Below are positions 1-11,281 of a stretch of 48,739 nucleotides of DNA, in pieces; positions within the stretch are counted from its first letter, which is position 1; the number at the start of each line of letters is the position of its first letter. Position numbers and translations under genes: made by a program. The notes under the pieces are model-generated. The model was given only the letters and a program-made list of their open reading frames with translations, did no database searches and was not told the origin of the DNA. The DNA is from Scyliorhinus canicula (Eukaryota): positions 62,001 to 110,739 of the forward strand of contig NW_024055829.1 in assembly GCF_902713615.1 (NCBI RefSeq), given 5' to 3'.

Positions 1-460
1 ACATTTGGAGTACTGTGTGCAGTTCTGGTCACCTCATTTTAGGAAGGATGTGGAAGCTTTGGAAAAGGTGCAAAGGAGATTTACCAGGATGTTGCCTGGA
101 ATGGAGAGTAGGTCATACGAGGAAAGATTGAGGGTGTTAGGCCTTTTCTCATTAGAACGGAGAAGGATGAGGGGCGACTTGATAGAGGTTTATAAGATGA
201 TCAGGGGAATAGATAGAGTAGACAGTCAGAGACTTTTTCCCCGGGTGGAACACACCATTACAAGGGGACATAAATTTAAGATAAATGGTGGAAGATATAG
301 AGGGGATGTCAGAGGTAGGTTCTTTACCCAGAGAGTAGTGGGGGCATGGAATGCACTGCCTGTGGTAGTAGTTGAGTCGGAAAATTTATGGACCTTCAAG
401 CGGCTATTGGATAGGTACTTGGATTAGGGTAGAATAAGGGAGTGTAGGTTAACTTCTTAA
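1..460 (+). mobile_element. CR1-clade LINE 3' fragment (RT C-terminus and 3' UTR); tail resumes at about 671-740 after a SINE insertion
   Basis: ORF 5-427 EYCVQFWSPHFRKDVEALEKVQRRFTRMLPG...FFTQRVVGAWNALP is typical CR1 RT C-terminus; tail GGGCCGAAGGGCCTGTTCTGTGCTGTA at about 703-730. Confidence 0.9.
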
Positions 461-670
461 GGGCAGCACGGTAGCATTGTGGATAGCACAATTGCTTCAC
501 AGCTCCAGGGTCCCAAGTTCGATTTCGACTTGGGTCACTGTCTGTGTGGAGTCTGCACATCCTCCCCGTGACTGCGTGGGTTTCCTCCGGGTACTCCGGT
601 TTCCTCCCACAGTCCAAAGATGTGCAGGTTGGGTGGATTGGCCATGACAAATTGTCCAAAATTCTATGAT
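461..670 (+). mobile_element. tRNA-derived SINE (HE1/V-SINE-like), internally deleted, inserted in the LINE
   Basis: Head GGGCAGCACGGTAGCATTGTGG...GTTCGATT (A/B boxes) and body GGGTTTCCTCCGGGT.CTCCGGTTTCCTCCCACAGTCCAAAGATGTGC shared with many other copies in the window. Confidence 0.85.
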
Positions 671-740
671 TAACCTAGGACAAAAGTTCGGCGCAACATC
701 GTGGGCCGAAGGGCCTGTTCTGTGCTGTATTTCTCTATGT

Positions 741-930
741 GGGGTGGGGAGAGGCTGCAGTATGGTCTTGATCCAAGGTTGGACCGGTCGAGGTCAAGGA
801 CAGGGAGGGTGCCAGTAGTAGTGGAGGAACTAAAGTGGTTCATGGAGCAAATGAGGGGGGTGGGAGGAGGTAGACCCATGGATGTTCGGACCGCCAAGAG
901 TGAAGGACTTTTTTATTCTGAGCTGGGCTG
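741..930 (+). mobile_element. L1/Tx1-like ORF2 endonuclease fragment
   Basis: ORF 701-940 contains LDPRLDRS...FMEQM, resembling the L1 APE region. Confidence 0.5.
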
Positions 931-975
931 TCGGGTCTAGTTGATGCTGAATATTCACCAATTGCTGTGTCGGAC

Positions 976-1512
976 TGACAATCCTGATTCTTTTACTGTC
1001 AGTCTGGTCTCAATAAAATTTGAGACGGATTTGCAGGTATCAATTATTGTGTATTTTAACCAGCTAGCTGGGTGACTCAATCTACTGGGAGAGCAGAACA
1101 CGACCACTGTCTCCTGAATCTTCAACAGCCAGAGTGAACAACGGGGCAAAACATTTCTGTACAGATGCATTCAAGTTGCATCAAATTTCACATACATACG
1201 ACAAAATAAGGCAACAGTAATGAATGCAAAATTCCCACAGGCTATCCCGATATACTTCTTGACCTGGCCATATATCCTGATTGGCTCATTTCACATTCCT
1301 CAGCCCTGGGTTCACTTCACATTCTTCAGCCCTTTGGGGGAGGGGGGGGGGGGGGGGGGCTTTCGCTCAGCATTCTCGTCCTAGCAATTACCCATCGCCC
1401 CTTCCTGACCCTGCTTCGCTCCGTTCCTTTTTTCCGGCTCCTATACCCGGGTATCCCCATTATCCTAACTAATTATCCCATTTTGTATCACATTCGATTG
1501 TTCAATTCCTCA
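976..1512 (-). repeat. 3' LTR of provirus
   Basis: Direct repeat of 8727-9296 (about 90% identical over the first ~360 bp by manual alignment); on - strand starts TGAGGAATTG at 1512 and ends TCA at 976. Confidence 0.88.
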
Positions 1513-1524
1513 TTCCCTCCTTTT
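1513..1524 (-). other. Polypurine tract (PPT)
   Basis: - strand AAAAGGAGGGAA directly abuts the TG start of the 3' LTR. Confidence 0.8.
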
Positions 1525-2570
1525 ATCATTTCATGATAACCTATTGGTCCAATCCCTAGCTGTGCTCAGGATTCCCCTCTCGCAGGATTCTGCTGAGAGC
1601 ACCCGCACGCAGAGGGGCAGGGGACTGTAGTAGGGACTAGAGTCCTGATAGCGATTTGGCGGGGAAATGGAGGTGACAAAACATTGGTCGCTGTGCCATT
1701 AAAAGGGAAGTAGTATCCTTGATGCGTATACCGGCTAGCATCACAATCAGTATATCGGTTGAGCAGGGATCCCCCAGTAGCCCAGTTTATCCAACTTTGG
1801 AATGCCCATTTGGGCTTCCTAGCAATGCGGAAAGCTCAATTCCCGTACGACCGGGAGTCTCTATTGGGAGTGAAGTGGCTGGGTATATTCGCCCTCCACT
1901 GTTGAAACTTATACTGTGAATGGGAGTTATCCCAAGGAAGGGGAAGGCAAATAGCTGGTGGGGCCGAACCCTGATCGTAAGGAAGAGTAACTTGCTCGGG
2001 CGGTGGCTCGGAACGCTGACAGTGAACCACTGTTTTGGGGAGTTCCCCAAAGCAGTGAGACGGAAAATAACTTAGACACCGATGCGGGGTTTGGGTAGCA
2101 GACAACCCGTCCCTGGCCATACATGCGGTGGTAGATTTGGTAGAAGAGATTCATGATGCCCAGGTTCCCTTCGTTCTGGGTCCTAAGTGAAGTAAATATA
2201 TCTCCTGATAACCTACGTTCCCGACATGCCCCCCTTCTCACCATCTCCGTCCTCTCGCTTTTCCTCCCCTCTCCCCGACAACCTTTTCCTCCTCTTCCCC
2301 CCTCCCCCCCACCCCCGCACGGTCTGATTTTACCTTTTTGGCACCAGTCTTATCACATCCAAAATCAAATTTACAATTACTCCAAAAACAAGGCACTATC
2401 CATGCAATGTTCCCTTCCCCTCGCCGGGACTGATATAATTGTTTGTTGTCCATTAACTTGATAACCTTCCATGAGTCTACACTATACCCTCGTACATGGG
2501 GGCAGCAGAGAACGTCACCTCTACAGAAGTGAAATGTCCTTGTAGTTTGGTCGGGATTACAGGTATAAGA
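1525..2570 (-). pseudogene. env SU-like remnant (TM portion apparently missing)
   Basis: Position between integrase and PPT; fragments such as NLFYQIYHRMYGQGRVVCYPNP and GYYFPFNGTATNVLSPPFPRQ; no furin site, fusion peptide or TM helix recognised. Confidence 0.4.
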
Positions 2571-2576
2571 TGGTGT

Positions 2577-3330
2577 TCAAAGTGAGGCGAAGCCGAGGAC
2601 AGCACAGGCGGCCCGCATCCAACCCGTCATGCTCCACACCTCTAAAACAGCACTGGGGAAAGGAGGCAGGTTAGTGACTGACCATTTTGCAGTGGTGGAG
2701 GTGGACCCAAGCACTCCACCCCTCCACTTGAACTGCAGTGAGGGTAGTAAGGATAACTTGGAAGGGCTCCTTTCACTGTGGCTCCAACCCTTTCCGAGTC
2801 CAGTTCTTAACCATGACATAACTACCAGGCTGCACTGATTTTTCATTTTTCAAGCGAGCTATGTAATGGGGACGGTGACTGGTGAGCTGCTCGAACCTGG
2901 CCATGGAGTTCCTTGACGGCTGGAACATGGTTAGTCCTTTCTTCAGTCATATGGTGAAACTGCACCAGTCTGGGAACAGGCAGGTTCCAGGGGGTTCTAA
3001 TGGGCCTGCCATAAAAGATCTCGGCAGGAGAGAGTCGGGCCGCAGGTGTGACCCACAGCTGGAAGAGGGCCACAGGTAGCACCTTAACCCACGTTAACCC
3101 TGTGTCCGCTCATAATTTTGCCAATTTGGTTTTGAGGGTCTGACTGTGTCTCTCAACCAAGCCTGGCGTCTGTGGCCAGTGCGCACAGTCTAACTGCTGG
3201 CGTATGTCCAACTGGGAGCAAAATTCCTTGTTAATCTGTCCAATAAAATGAGGCCCGTTATCAGAACTTAACTGAGCCGGTATTCCGTACATAAACACCT
3301 CATCACATTTTTACAGCCACCGGCTCTCCC
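2577..3330 (-). pseudogene. Retroviral integrase remnant (core and C-terminal), class I gamma/epsilon-like
   Basis: YGIPAQLSSDNGPHF...PQTPGLVERHSQTLKTKLAKL (D..E core), LSPAEIFYGRP, and LQFKWRG..VL..T.T..K (decayed GPY/F module). Confidence 0.85.
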
Positions 3331-5450
3331 TCCAGCTTCCGTCTGGTGTGATGGTCACCAGTAATGGGATGTCATCTTGGTGCGTGGTGATGGGCTGAGA
3401 CTATCGGCATCATCAGAGTCATAACCAGCTTACAACACATATTAAGGCATCCAATGATTATGCAGTATACAATTATAATAACAAGTATCAATCCATGCAT
3501 CAGGTAAAACCCCATGACCGAGCTATGTAAGCTAACTCTGAGCTGAATCCTGCTGTAGGGTTTATATCCCTTTTATAGTTGTACTGTCTAGCAACTATCC
3601 CGCACCCTTGTCATTCGTATGTACATTTCATGATTTGTAAACTGTGCATGGAAATCAATGGTAAATGCATCCATCTCGCAGACCAGTGTCGATAGACCCT
3701 TTGTATTGTTCTTTCCTCAAGTCCAATCACCGTGAACCATAGCTGTCACCGCTCAGGAAGGTAACACAATAGCTATGTCCGCGTGTTCCACTACCTCCAA
3801 GGCATCTGACTACCTTGCGGTAGCAGCACCGTAGAAGCTTCCTCATGTCCCTCAGAAACAGCACACAACTCAGTCCATCAGCGACCAACGGGTCTTTTAT
3901 CCCTCACTTTTTTTTTTAGGAAGTGCTTTCCGTTTCTCAATGGAATGACAAATTATGATATGTATTCTCCACCGATTACCTTGCTTTATTAATTGCAGGA
4001 GCTTCAACCGATCCTGTTTCTATTCCTAACTTCCTTACACTAACGTCAAACATTGTACTGAACCATGTAGTCTGCCAGCCCTGGCTTACTTGAGACAATA
4101 GCTCAGTTTTCTTCAAACCCCTTTCATCCGTTATCATTTTTCTTACAGCATGAAGTGTATACTTGCCATTATTTGTTTGTTTGTTTGTCTTTTTTTTTAC
4201 TTTGCAATGACACTACTCGCACATTTAATGCAGTTAACTTTTGGGGTTACAACCCAATTAAATCCATACATAACAGTCCCTAACAACTTACAGGACATTT
4301 TGTCTGTTATACTCTCCAATGCTATATTGGTTGCTGCATTGGTTACAAATTTCCCCTCGTGGCATCAAGTTGCCAAGCTTCTTAAACTATTGTCATTTAA
4401 AATACGGGGGTTCCTCGTCAGTCGCTGCTGTCTGCCGAGACCCTTATTAACTCCATCGCATAAGACTCGCCTCATGGAGACCACAGATCATCCATCAGCT
4501 AACGTCCAGTTTGAGATCTCTGACCGGACGTTTCACTTATTCGGTAATTTGATATTTTGATTTGTTTCTAACCCGTAAGGTTTTTCTTCCGGGCTCTATC
4601 ATTTAATTCCCTCAAATATGTCACCAATTATATCGTTAGTTTTCCCCCACATACTGTCTGAAATATTCTTCTCCGGCGTGTTGTTCAGGTTCTTCATCTG
4701 TATTATTGTTGCTTCATCTGAAACCCAAATGAACAGGTCAAAGATGGAGAGGGCCCTGTTTCTTGATTTGTATCTTCCTATCCTTGCTTGAATGGTCCAG
4801 AAGTACCCTCTCCAGGACTTCCGGATTTCCATTGCCACCATTCCTCTTTTTCTAATTCAGTGATTCAATCAGGTTGAAACTTTCCCTGATACTTTTCGGA
4901 TATTGCTACTGCATCTACTTCAATGTTTTTAATTCTGATTGTGACAGGATTTTGTTTGAAAGCTAACTTCCGAACATGAAATTTTCACTCTTATCATCTG
5001 TCCTTTTTCCCTTGTCTGAGCGGTTGGGGGATATGATCTATCCTGTGGCACGGCATCATTGCAGTGATACAGTCTCTAACACTGTTAGGCTAATTTTATG
5101 TCCCCAGGTCATCCCAACAGCATAAACTACGTACTCCCTCACTAATCGATACCACAAGTTTGTCACTTGTCCACAAGCTTGCACACTCTTTTCCAATCAC
5201 TTGTCGCCAGCTAGGTTTTCTCCGCAGTAATTACAATTTGTCATTAGCACACCATCCCATGGTCAAAATCTATCTTGTGGCTACAAACTTCAATCATCAG
5301 TGATGCCTGATGTTTCACAAAACAATCATGACTAACTGAATTCCCCAAGTTTCCCTGGGAGCCGAAGCATTTCCCCATTTCTGTCGTTCTAAATGCAATA
5401 TCAAATCGTCTGACTACGCTGTATCTGTCATTCGCCTAGGTTTCATATAT

Positions 5451-5746
5451 TTAGAATTTACAGTGCAGAAGGAGGCCATTCGGCCCATCGAGTCTGCACC
5501 GGCTCCTGGAAAGAGCAACCCCACCCAACACTAAGGGCAATTTTGGACACAAAGGGCAATTTATCATGGCCAATCCACCTAACCTGCACATCTTTGGACT
5601 GTGGGAGGAAACCGGAGTACCCGGAGGAAACCCACGCACACAGGGAGGATGTGCAGACTCCGCACAGACAGTGACCCAACCGGAATCGAATCTGGGACCT
5701 TGGAGCTGTGAAGCGATTGTGCTATCCACAATGCTACCGTGCTGCC
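5451..5746 (-). mobile_element. HE1/V-SINE-like SINE inserted in the provirus
   Basis: Reverse complement of the SINE head, body and CR1-derived tail (GGCCGAATGGCCTCCTTCTGCACTGTAAATTCT). Confidence 0.88.
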
Positions 5747-5989
5747 ATATGATTACTCCTTGACCAAACTACTGGGCTACAGGTCGTGCCACACCTTTGA
5801 CACGATGTTTCATTATGTTCACAATGAATCATTTTAAACTGGGGACCAATTCTCTAATTCAACTTCCCCCGTGCTTCTATCAGCTGTGATTTAAAAAGTA
5901 CAAATTACTTTTGCTGCTCCTAGGAAAAAGAGGGCCTGCATACTCTCATGACCATTCCTCCATCGGTGTTTCTGTTTCTATGCTACTCC

Positions 5990-7520
5990 CTGTTTTGCCA
6001 CCATTTTCTTTCCTGAAATGTTTAAAATGGATGCCCATCTAGCTTGTTTTCGTCCTCAACTTTACTACCATCTGTATGTACCAACTCTGTTTTGCTAACT
6101 GATTTATCAAGTTTCTGTCCCTTTGTAATGTTATGAATAAACATTAAGGCAGGGTGTGAAAGAATAGTTTCCCATCTTTCCCATCGAGCTATATTTGCGC
6201 CTTGCTGGCAACCCTGTCTCTTGGTTAACTCTTGTCAATTCTAAAATTCAGTTTTAACCCACTGCTATCCTTTTTTGTTATGGCTGCCAGACATTTTGCG
6301 ATGTCCGAAAACTTTTATCCAGCTCTTGCCCAATTTCCTATCAAATTTTGATAGGTGTCTGAGTACTATGATTAGCAAGCATGGTACCCTATCCATTTGC
6401 TTACAGATCAAATTTAATGCTCAAATCGTCCCTTCATGTCTCTCCTCTAATGGCCTGGATGTTGCTACAACTGTTTTTAACTAGTCCAAACTGTGCTTCA
6501 CTGGTCCAACTAAAATCCCTTTTCCAAAGTTTCATAAATGGGTCTAGCATAAAGACTAAAGTCTTCCACTACTGGTCTCAAATACCCCAAATTTCTCATG
6601 ATTTGCTGAACCCCACTTCATGAAATGGGCGCTGTGATTCTAGTAACTTTCTCTCTCATCCCAACACTGGCTTCCCTACCTGCCTTTGACACTGATGCTC
6701 CTGCCAATCTGACATTTCTTTACCCCTATTTTAAATCCTACTTCACTAAGTGTTTTAATAATTTTGGTCACTCTTTCAACATGTGTCCCCTGATCATCAT
6801 CTCCAATTAACACATCATCAATATATACTAAAGCGAAGTCATCTTTAATCAGCTCCCTTACTATTTCCTGAAAGTGATTCGGGGAATTAACATACCCCTG
6901 TGGCAATTTACAGTATGCACAATGTTTAGTGTCAAAGGTAAAGGCTGTCTCTTCCCTGTTCTTTACTCAGAGAGTAGTAAGGTCGTGGAATGCCCTGCCT
7001 GCAATAGTAGTGGACTCGCCAACACTAAATGCATTCAAATGGTCATTGGATAGGCATATGGACGATAAGGGGATAGTGTAGAGGGCCTTTAGAAGGGTTT
7101 CACAGGACGGCTCAACATAGAGGGCCGAAGGGCCTGTACCACGCTGTAATGTTCTATGTTGTCTGGGTCTAATGGAACACTCCAGAAACCGTTGGCTAAA
7201 TCTATAGTAGTTAAATAAGTTTTGCCTGCCACCTTTCCAACATAGTTTGTGAATTTCTTAAATACCGTTTATCCTTTTTTTGTGACCTTCGTTAATGCTT
7301 TGTAATCCATTACCATTCTAAATGTACCATCAGGTTTGCTAACTGTCTGAAGTGGGCTCTTCGTTGATGCATATGTGACTTCTTGAATGATTCCGTGCTG
7401 TTCCAAGTCTTTGATTATTATCTCCAGCTCGCATTTGGCATCTCGGGTCAAGGGGTATTGCTTTTACGGCCTGTGTCGGTTTCCCTGAATTGTGTGCTGG
7501 AATTGTGTGCTGATTACCCC
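5990..7520 (-). pseudogene. Reverse transcriptase remnant, spumaretrovirus (foamy)-like
   Basis: RP*KQYPL..., KPDGTFRMVMDYK, TTIDLANGFWSVPL, TAFTF..., LPQGYVNSP, VYIDDVLI, thumb and ARWASIL tether-like motif; split by a CR1 insertion at 6961-7160. Confidence 0.85.
6961..7160 (+). mobile_element. CR1-like LINE 3' end inserted into the RT
   Basis: FTQRVV..WNALP-encoding sequence plus tail ...GTAATGTTCTATGTT; TGTT at both 6957-6960 and 7157-7160; removal restores RT frame (DPD-NREETAF). Confidence 0.85.
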
Positions 7521-8706
7521 TGTGTCATTCTTTCTTTTGCTAGTTTTACTTTCACTATTTCCTCCAGTTACCAGTCGGTTTTTATATCTTAATTTTTCTT
7601 TTTATGCATCTATTTTATTAATCTTTTCCTGCCATCAGATTCTCATTTCCTGATACTGCAAGTAATATTCCCAATCTAAGCTCCAGTCCCATATCTTTAT
7701 TCCCTAAAGCTCCATCAGCTTGCAAAGCAGCGGGCACTAGGACCTGGTGGAGCTGTGCCATATCACTTCCATCGCCTCAGACTCATCTAGATCCCTTTGT
7801 TCCAGGACTATGCCGAGTTCAAACTAATCATTTACAAATCCCAATTCATACATTTTGATTTCGCTTTTTGTTTACTTCCTGAGAATTGTGTCCTAATTAA
7901 CTCCCACAATGTTAATCATTATTACAGATTTTCTAAAGAACTTTCAAATACTAACCCCGTTTTAAATCTCACTTTAACTGCCGTATATTCGCTCCTCCTA
8001 ATTGATGTGCAACTTCGTTTTGCTGAACACAACATTTTAATAACTAGGAATACCAGAGGAAGTTCACAAATTCTTATTAAACAGGCTCATTCAGTTGTTG
8101 GAGATCTCCGTTCAAACAAAAGGAATTCAAAGCATTATACTTCCATTCATCTCAACCAACCGAACAATAAAAGTTTGAATTTGCAGAGAACCCACAATAT
8201 AATTTTAACAATCCTGAGAGCTCCACTTTCCGATATAGTTCTAAACTTCTGGTTCCCCCTAGTGGCCATTCATCTCCCAATTCGTTGTTTCACCCATATT
8301 CCCAAGAATAAATTTTTAATTTAGCCAATTCTAATTGTACGGAATTGAATTGTCTCAGAACATTCCATCAGCGGTCTTAACTGAATTGTCTCCGTGACAT
8401 TCCCTCAACCTGCAATCAACCTTTAACTGAACTAACACTATGATATTACCCTCAGTTCTCATCAACCCTCAGTCGTACCTACATCGACTGAAATTAATTC
8501 TTCTAATCCGCCAGACTGACCTTTGATTTCATCGAGACGATCTTACCTGATCAAATGCGAGTGATTATACTGTAATCAGATTCGAGAGAGAGGAAAATCG
8601 ACATGGTCATTTTCCAGCTACTCATATCGTGGGCCCATTTCCTCTTTCCCCGTCCGAGATCAGTCCAATTCTGATTTTGCAGATGAGAGGGGATTGTCTG
8701 GAGAAA

Positions 8707-8724
8707 TCCCGGATTTCAGCACCA
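8707..8724 (-). other. Primer-binding site complementary to tRNA-Phe
   Basis: - strand TGGTGCTGAAATCCGGGA, 2 nt after the LTR end; 16/18 match to the canonical tRNA-Phe PBS TGGTGCCGAAACCCGGGA, both mismatches C>T. Confidence 0.82.
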
Positions 8725-8726
8725 AA

Positions 8727-9296
8727 TGATAATCTGATACTTTTGCTGTCAGTCTGATCTCAATAAAATTTGAGACGGATTTGCAGGTATCAATTATTGT
8801 TTATTTTAACTAGCTAGCTGGGGTAACTCACTCTATTGGGAGAGCAGGACACAACCAGTCTCCTGCCTCTTCAACAGCGAGTGAACAAAAAGGACAACAC
8901 ATTTCTGTACAGACACATTCAAGTTGCCTCAGATTTCACATACATACGACCAAATAAGGCAACAGTAATGAATGCAAAATTCCCACAGGCTATCCCTATA
9001 CACTTCTTGACCTGGCCATATATCCTGATTGGCTCATTTCACATTCCTCAGCTCTGGGCTCACTTCACATTCTTCAGCCCTTGCGGGGGGAGGAGGGTGG
9101 GGGGGGGGGGGGGAGGGGGGGGGGAGGGGGGGGGGCTCCCTTTCACTCAGCATTCTCGTCCTAGCAATTACCCACCCTCCCCATCCAAGCCATGCTTTTC
9201 CCAGTTCCTTTGTTCCGGTTCCTATACCAGGGTATCCTCTACATTATCCCAACTAATCATCCCATTTTGTATCACATTCGTTTTTTCAATTCCTCA
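8727..9296 (-). repeat. 5' LTR of provirus
   Basis: Direct repeat of 976-1512; TG...CA termini; - strand AATAAA at 8800-8805; followed by PBS. Confidence 0.88.
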
Positions 9297-9299
9297 GGT

Positions 9300-9950
9300 A
9301 CACTGACGATGCTGTTAGGGAGGGAGTTCTATGCTTTTGAACCAGGGACAGCAAAAATTCGGCGACATATTTCCAAGTCGGGTTAGTGAGTGATTTGGAG
9401 GGGAATTTCCAGTTGGTCATCTTCCCATGTGTCAGCTGCCTTTTCCTTCCTGAAGGAAATGGTCCTGGGTTTAGAAAGTGTTTCAAAGGAGATTTGCTGA
9501 GTTCCTGCAACGCATCTTGTGGATGGTACATTATTGCCTTTGTTCGTCGGTGGCAGACGGAATGAGTGTTTGCACATAGGGTGACAATCAGTCAGGCTGC
9601 TTTGGATGATGTCGAGCTTCTTGAATATTTTTGGAGCTGCACCAGTCAGGCAACTTGAAACTCCTGACTTGGGACTTGGGAATTACACTCCTGACTTGGG
9701 ACTTGAAGATAGTGAACAGGCTTTGGGAGTCAGGAGTGAGTTACTCGCCGCAGGTTTCCAAGACCCTGACCAGATCATGTAGCATCAGCATTTATATGGC
9801 CAGTCTAGTACGTTTCTGGTTAATCATAGCCCCAGGGTATAGACAATTGGGGATTCCGTGACAACAATCGCACTGAATATCAAGGAGCAATGGTTAGATT
9901 CTATTTTGCTGGAGATGGTCATTGTTTTGCAATTCCGTGGCGAATATTAC
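9300..9950 (-). mobile_element. L2/CR1-superclade LINE 3' fragment
   Basis: Reverse-complement similarity to the 3' part of the LINE at 22270-24260 (e.g. TTCCCCTCCAAGTC.CTCAC). Confidence 0.65.
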
Positions 9951-10374
9951 GAATTGTCACAATTCACATAGTTAAATAATTATATTTATAAATAAATAAA
10001 TAATAATTACATCATTAATTCCCAACACAAATAGTTATATTCACCAAATATTTTCGGCATTTTCTTTTACAAAATGTAAATGCATTTAAGAGAGGTAGAT
10101 TTGAGACCAGGAAGAGATCAGCCATGATGATTGAATGGGGGAGCAGGCTCAAAGGCTGACTTGCCTATTTCTGCTCCTAATTCCTAAATTCCTATGTTTA
10201 ACATAATTTATTGAGATTAAATGTAATTGAATAGCATTGACCATTCTGTCACCAAGAAGTCACAGCTGCACCGGAATTCGATGTGAAATGGAATTAAACC
10301 ACACTGAGGATAAAAAGCAGCTACCCAGCAGCCTCTGCGCTGCTTCACAAGCAATTGTCTCATCAGATCAGAGG

Positions 10375-10699
10375 TCGTAGAATTTACAATGCAGAAGGAG
10401 GCCATTTGGCTCATAGAGTCTCCACCGGCCCTTGGAAAGAGCACGTGACTTAACCTCACACCTCCACCCCATCCCCGTAACCCAGTATCAGGACATAACC
10501 TTTTGGACACTAAGGGGCAATTTAACATGGACAATCAAACTAACCTGCACATCTTCGGACTGGGGGAGGAAACCGGAGCACCCGGAAGAAACCCGCGCAG
10601 ACACGGGGAGAACGTGCGGACTCCACACAGACAGTCACCAAATGCCGGAATTGAACCCAGCACCCTGGAGCTGTGGGGCAGCAGTGCTAACCCCTGTGT
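10375..10699 (-). mobile_element. HE1/V-SINE-like SINE
   Basis: Same body and tail as the other copies. Confidence 0.85.
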
Positions 10700-10956
10700 A
10701 TGACTCATTCCATACGTAATCTCCAGACATATAACTGGAGTTTGAAATTATTTTTAAAGTGATGGTAGAAATTAAAGTACCTGTATCTAATGTGACGTTA
10801 ATGAATCTTTAAATCCCAATTTGTTATTACACTGTTTTGGAAAGTAATTCAGCATTTACAGCTGTCCACTGAGTTTCACAGTATTTCTGTTTTCACATTA
10901 ACGTGTTTTCAGTCTGGTGTCTTCACTAATTGGGTAGGGACACCTTGAGTGACTTG

Positions 10957-11281
10957 CATAGAATTTATGGTGCAGAAGGAGGCCATTCGGCCCATCGAGT
11001 CTGCACCGGCCCCTGGAAAAAGCACCCTACCCAAAGTTAACACCTCCACCCTATCCCCATAACCCAGTAACCCCACCCAACACTAAGGGCAATTTATCAT
11101 GGCCAATCCACCTAACCTGCACATCTTTGGACTGTGGGAGGAAACCGGAGCACCCGGAGGAAACCCACACACACACGGGGAGGATGTGCAGACTCCGCAC
11201 AGACAGTGACCCAAGCCGGAATCAAACCTGGGACCCTGGAGCTGTGAAGCGATTGTGCTATCCACAAAGCTACCGTGTTGC
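10957..11281 (-). mobile_element. HE1/V-SINE-like SINE (near full length)
   Basis: Head-to-tail match to the copy at 5451-5746. Confidence 0.88.

Larger units (their letters stand above)
976..9296 (-). mobile_element. Decayed LTR-bounded endogenous retrovirus-like provirus (mosaic: foamy-like RT, class I-like IN and env-like remnant)
   Basis: Two direct repeats with TG...CA ends, PBS next to one and PPT next to the other, RT, integrase and env-like remnants in between on the - strand; many stops and frameshifts. Confidence 0.85.

Noticed and set aside
461-540. tRNA genes at SINE heads (here and other copies)
   Set aside because: A/B boxes run straight into SINE bodies; no complete cloverleaf
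4150-4560. 136-aa hydrophobic + strand ORF (also the 175-aa ORF at 7797-8324)
   Set aside because: Antisense to the provirus, AT-rich, no recognisable domain; probably chance ORFs
7500-7530. DTG as a retroviral protease active site
   Set aside because: Lacks the hydrophobic lead-in and sits immediately before the KQYP motif at the RT start; no protease could be supported
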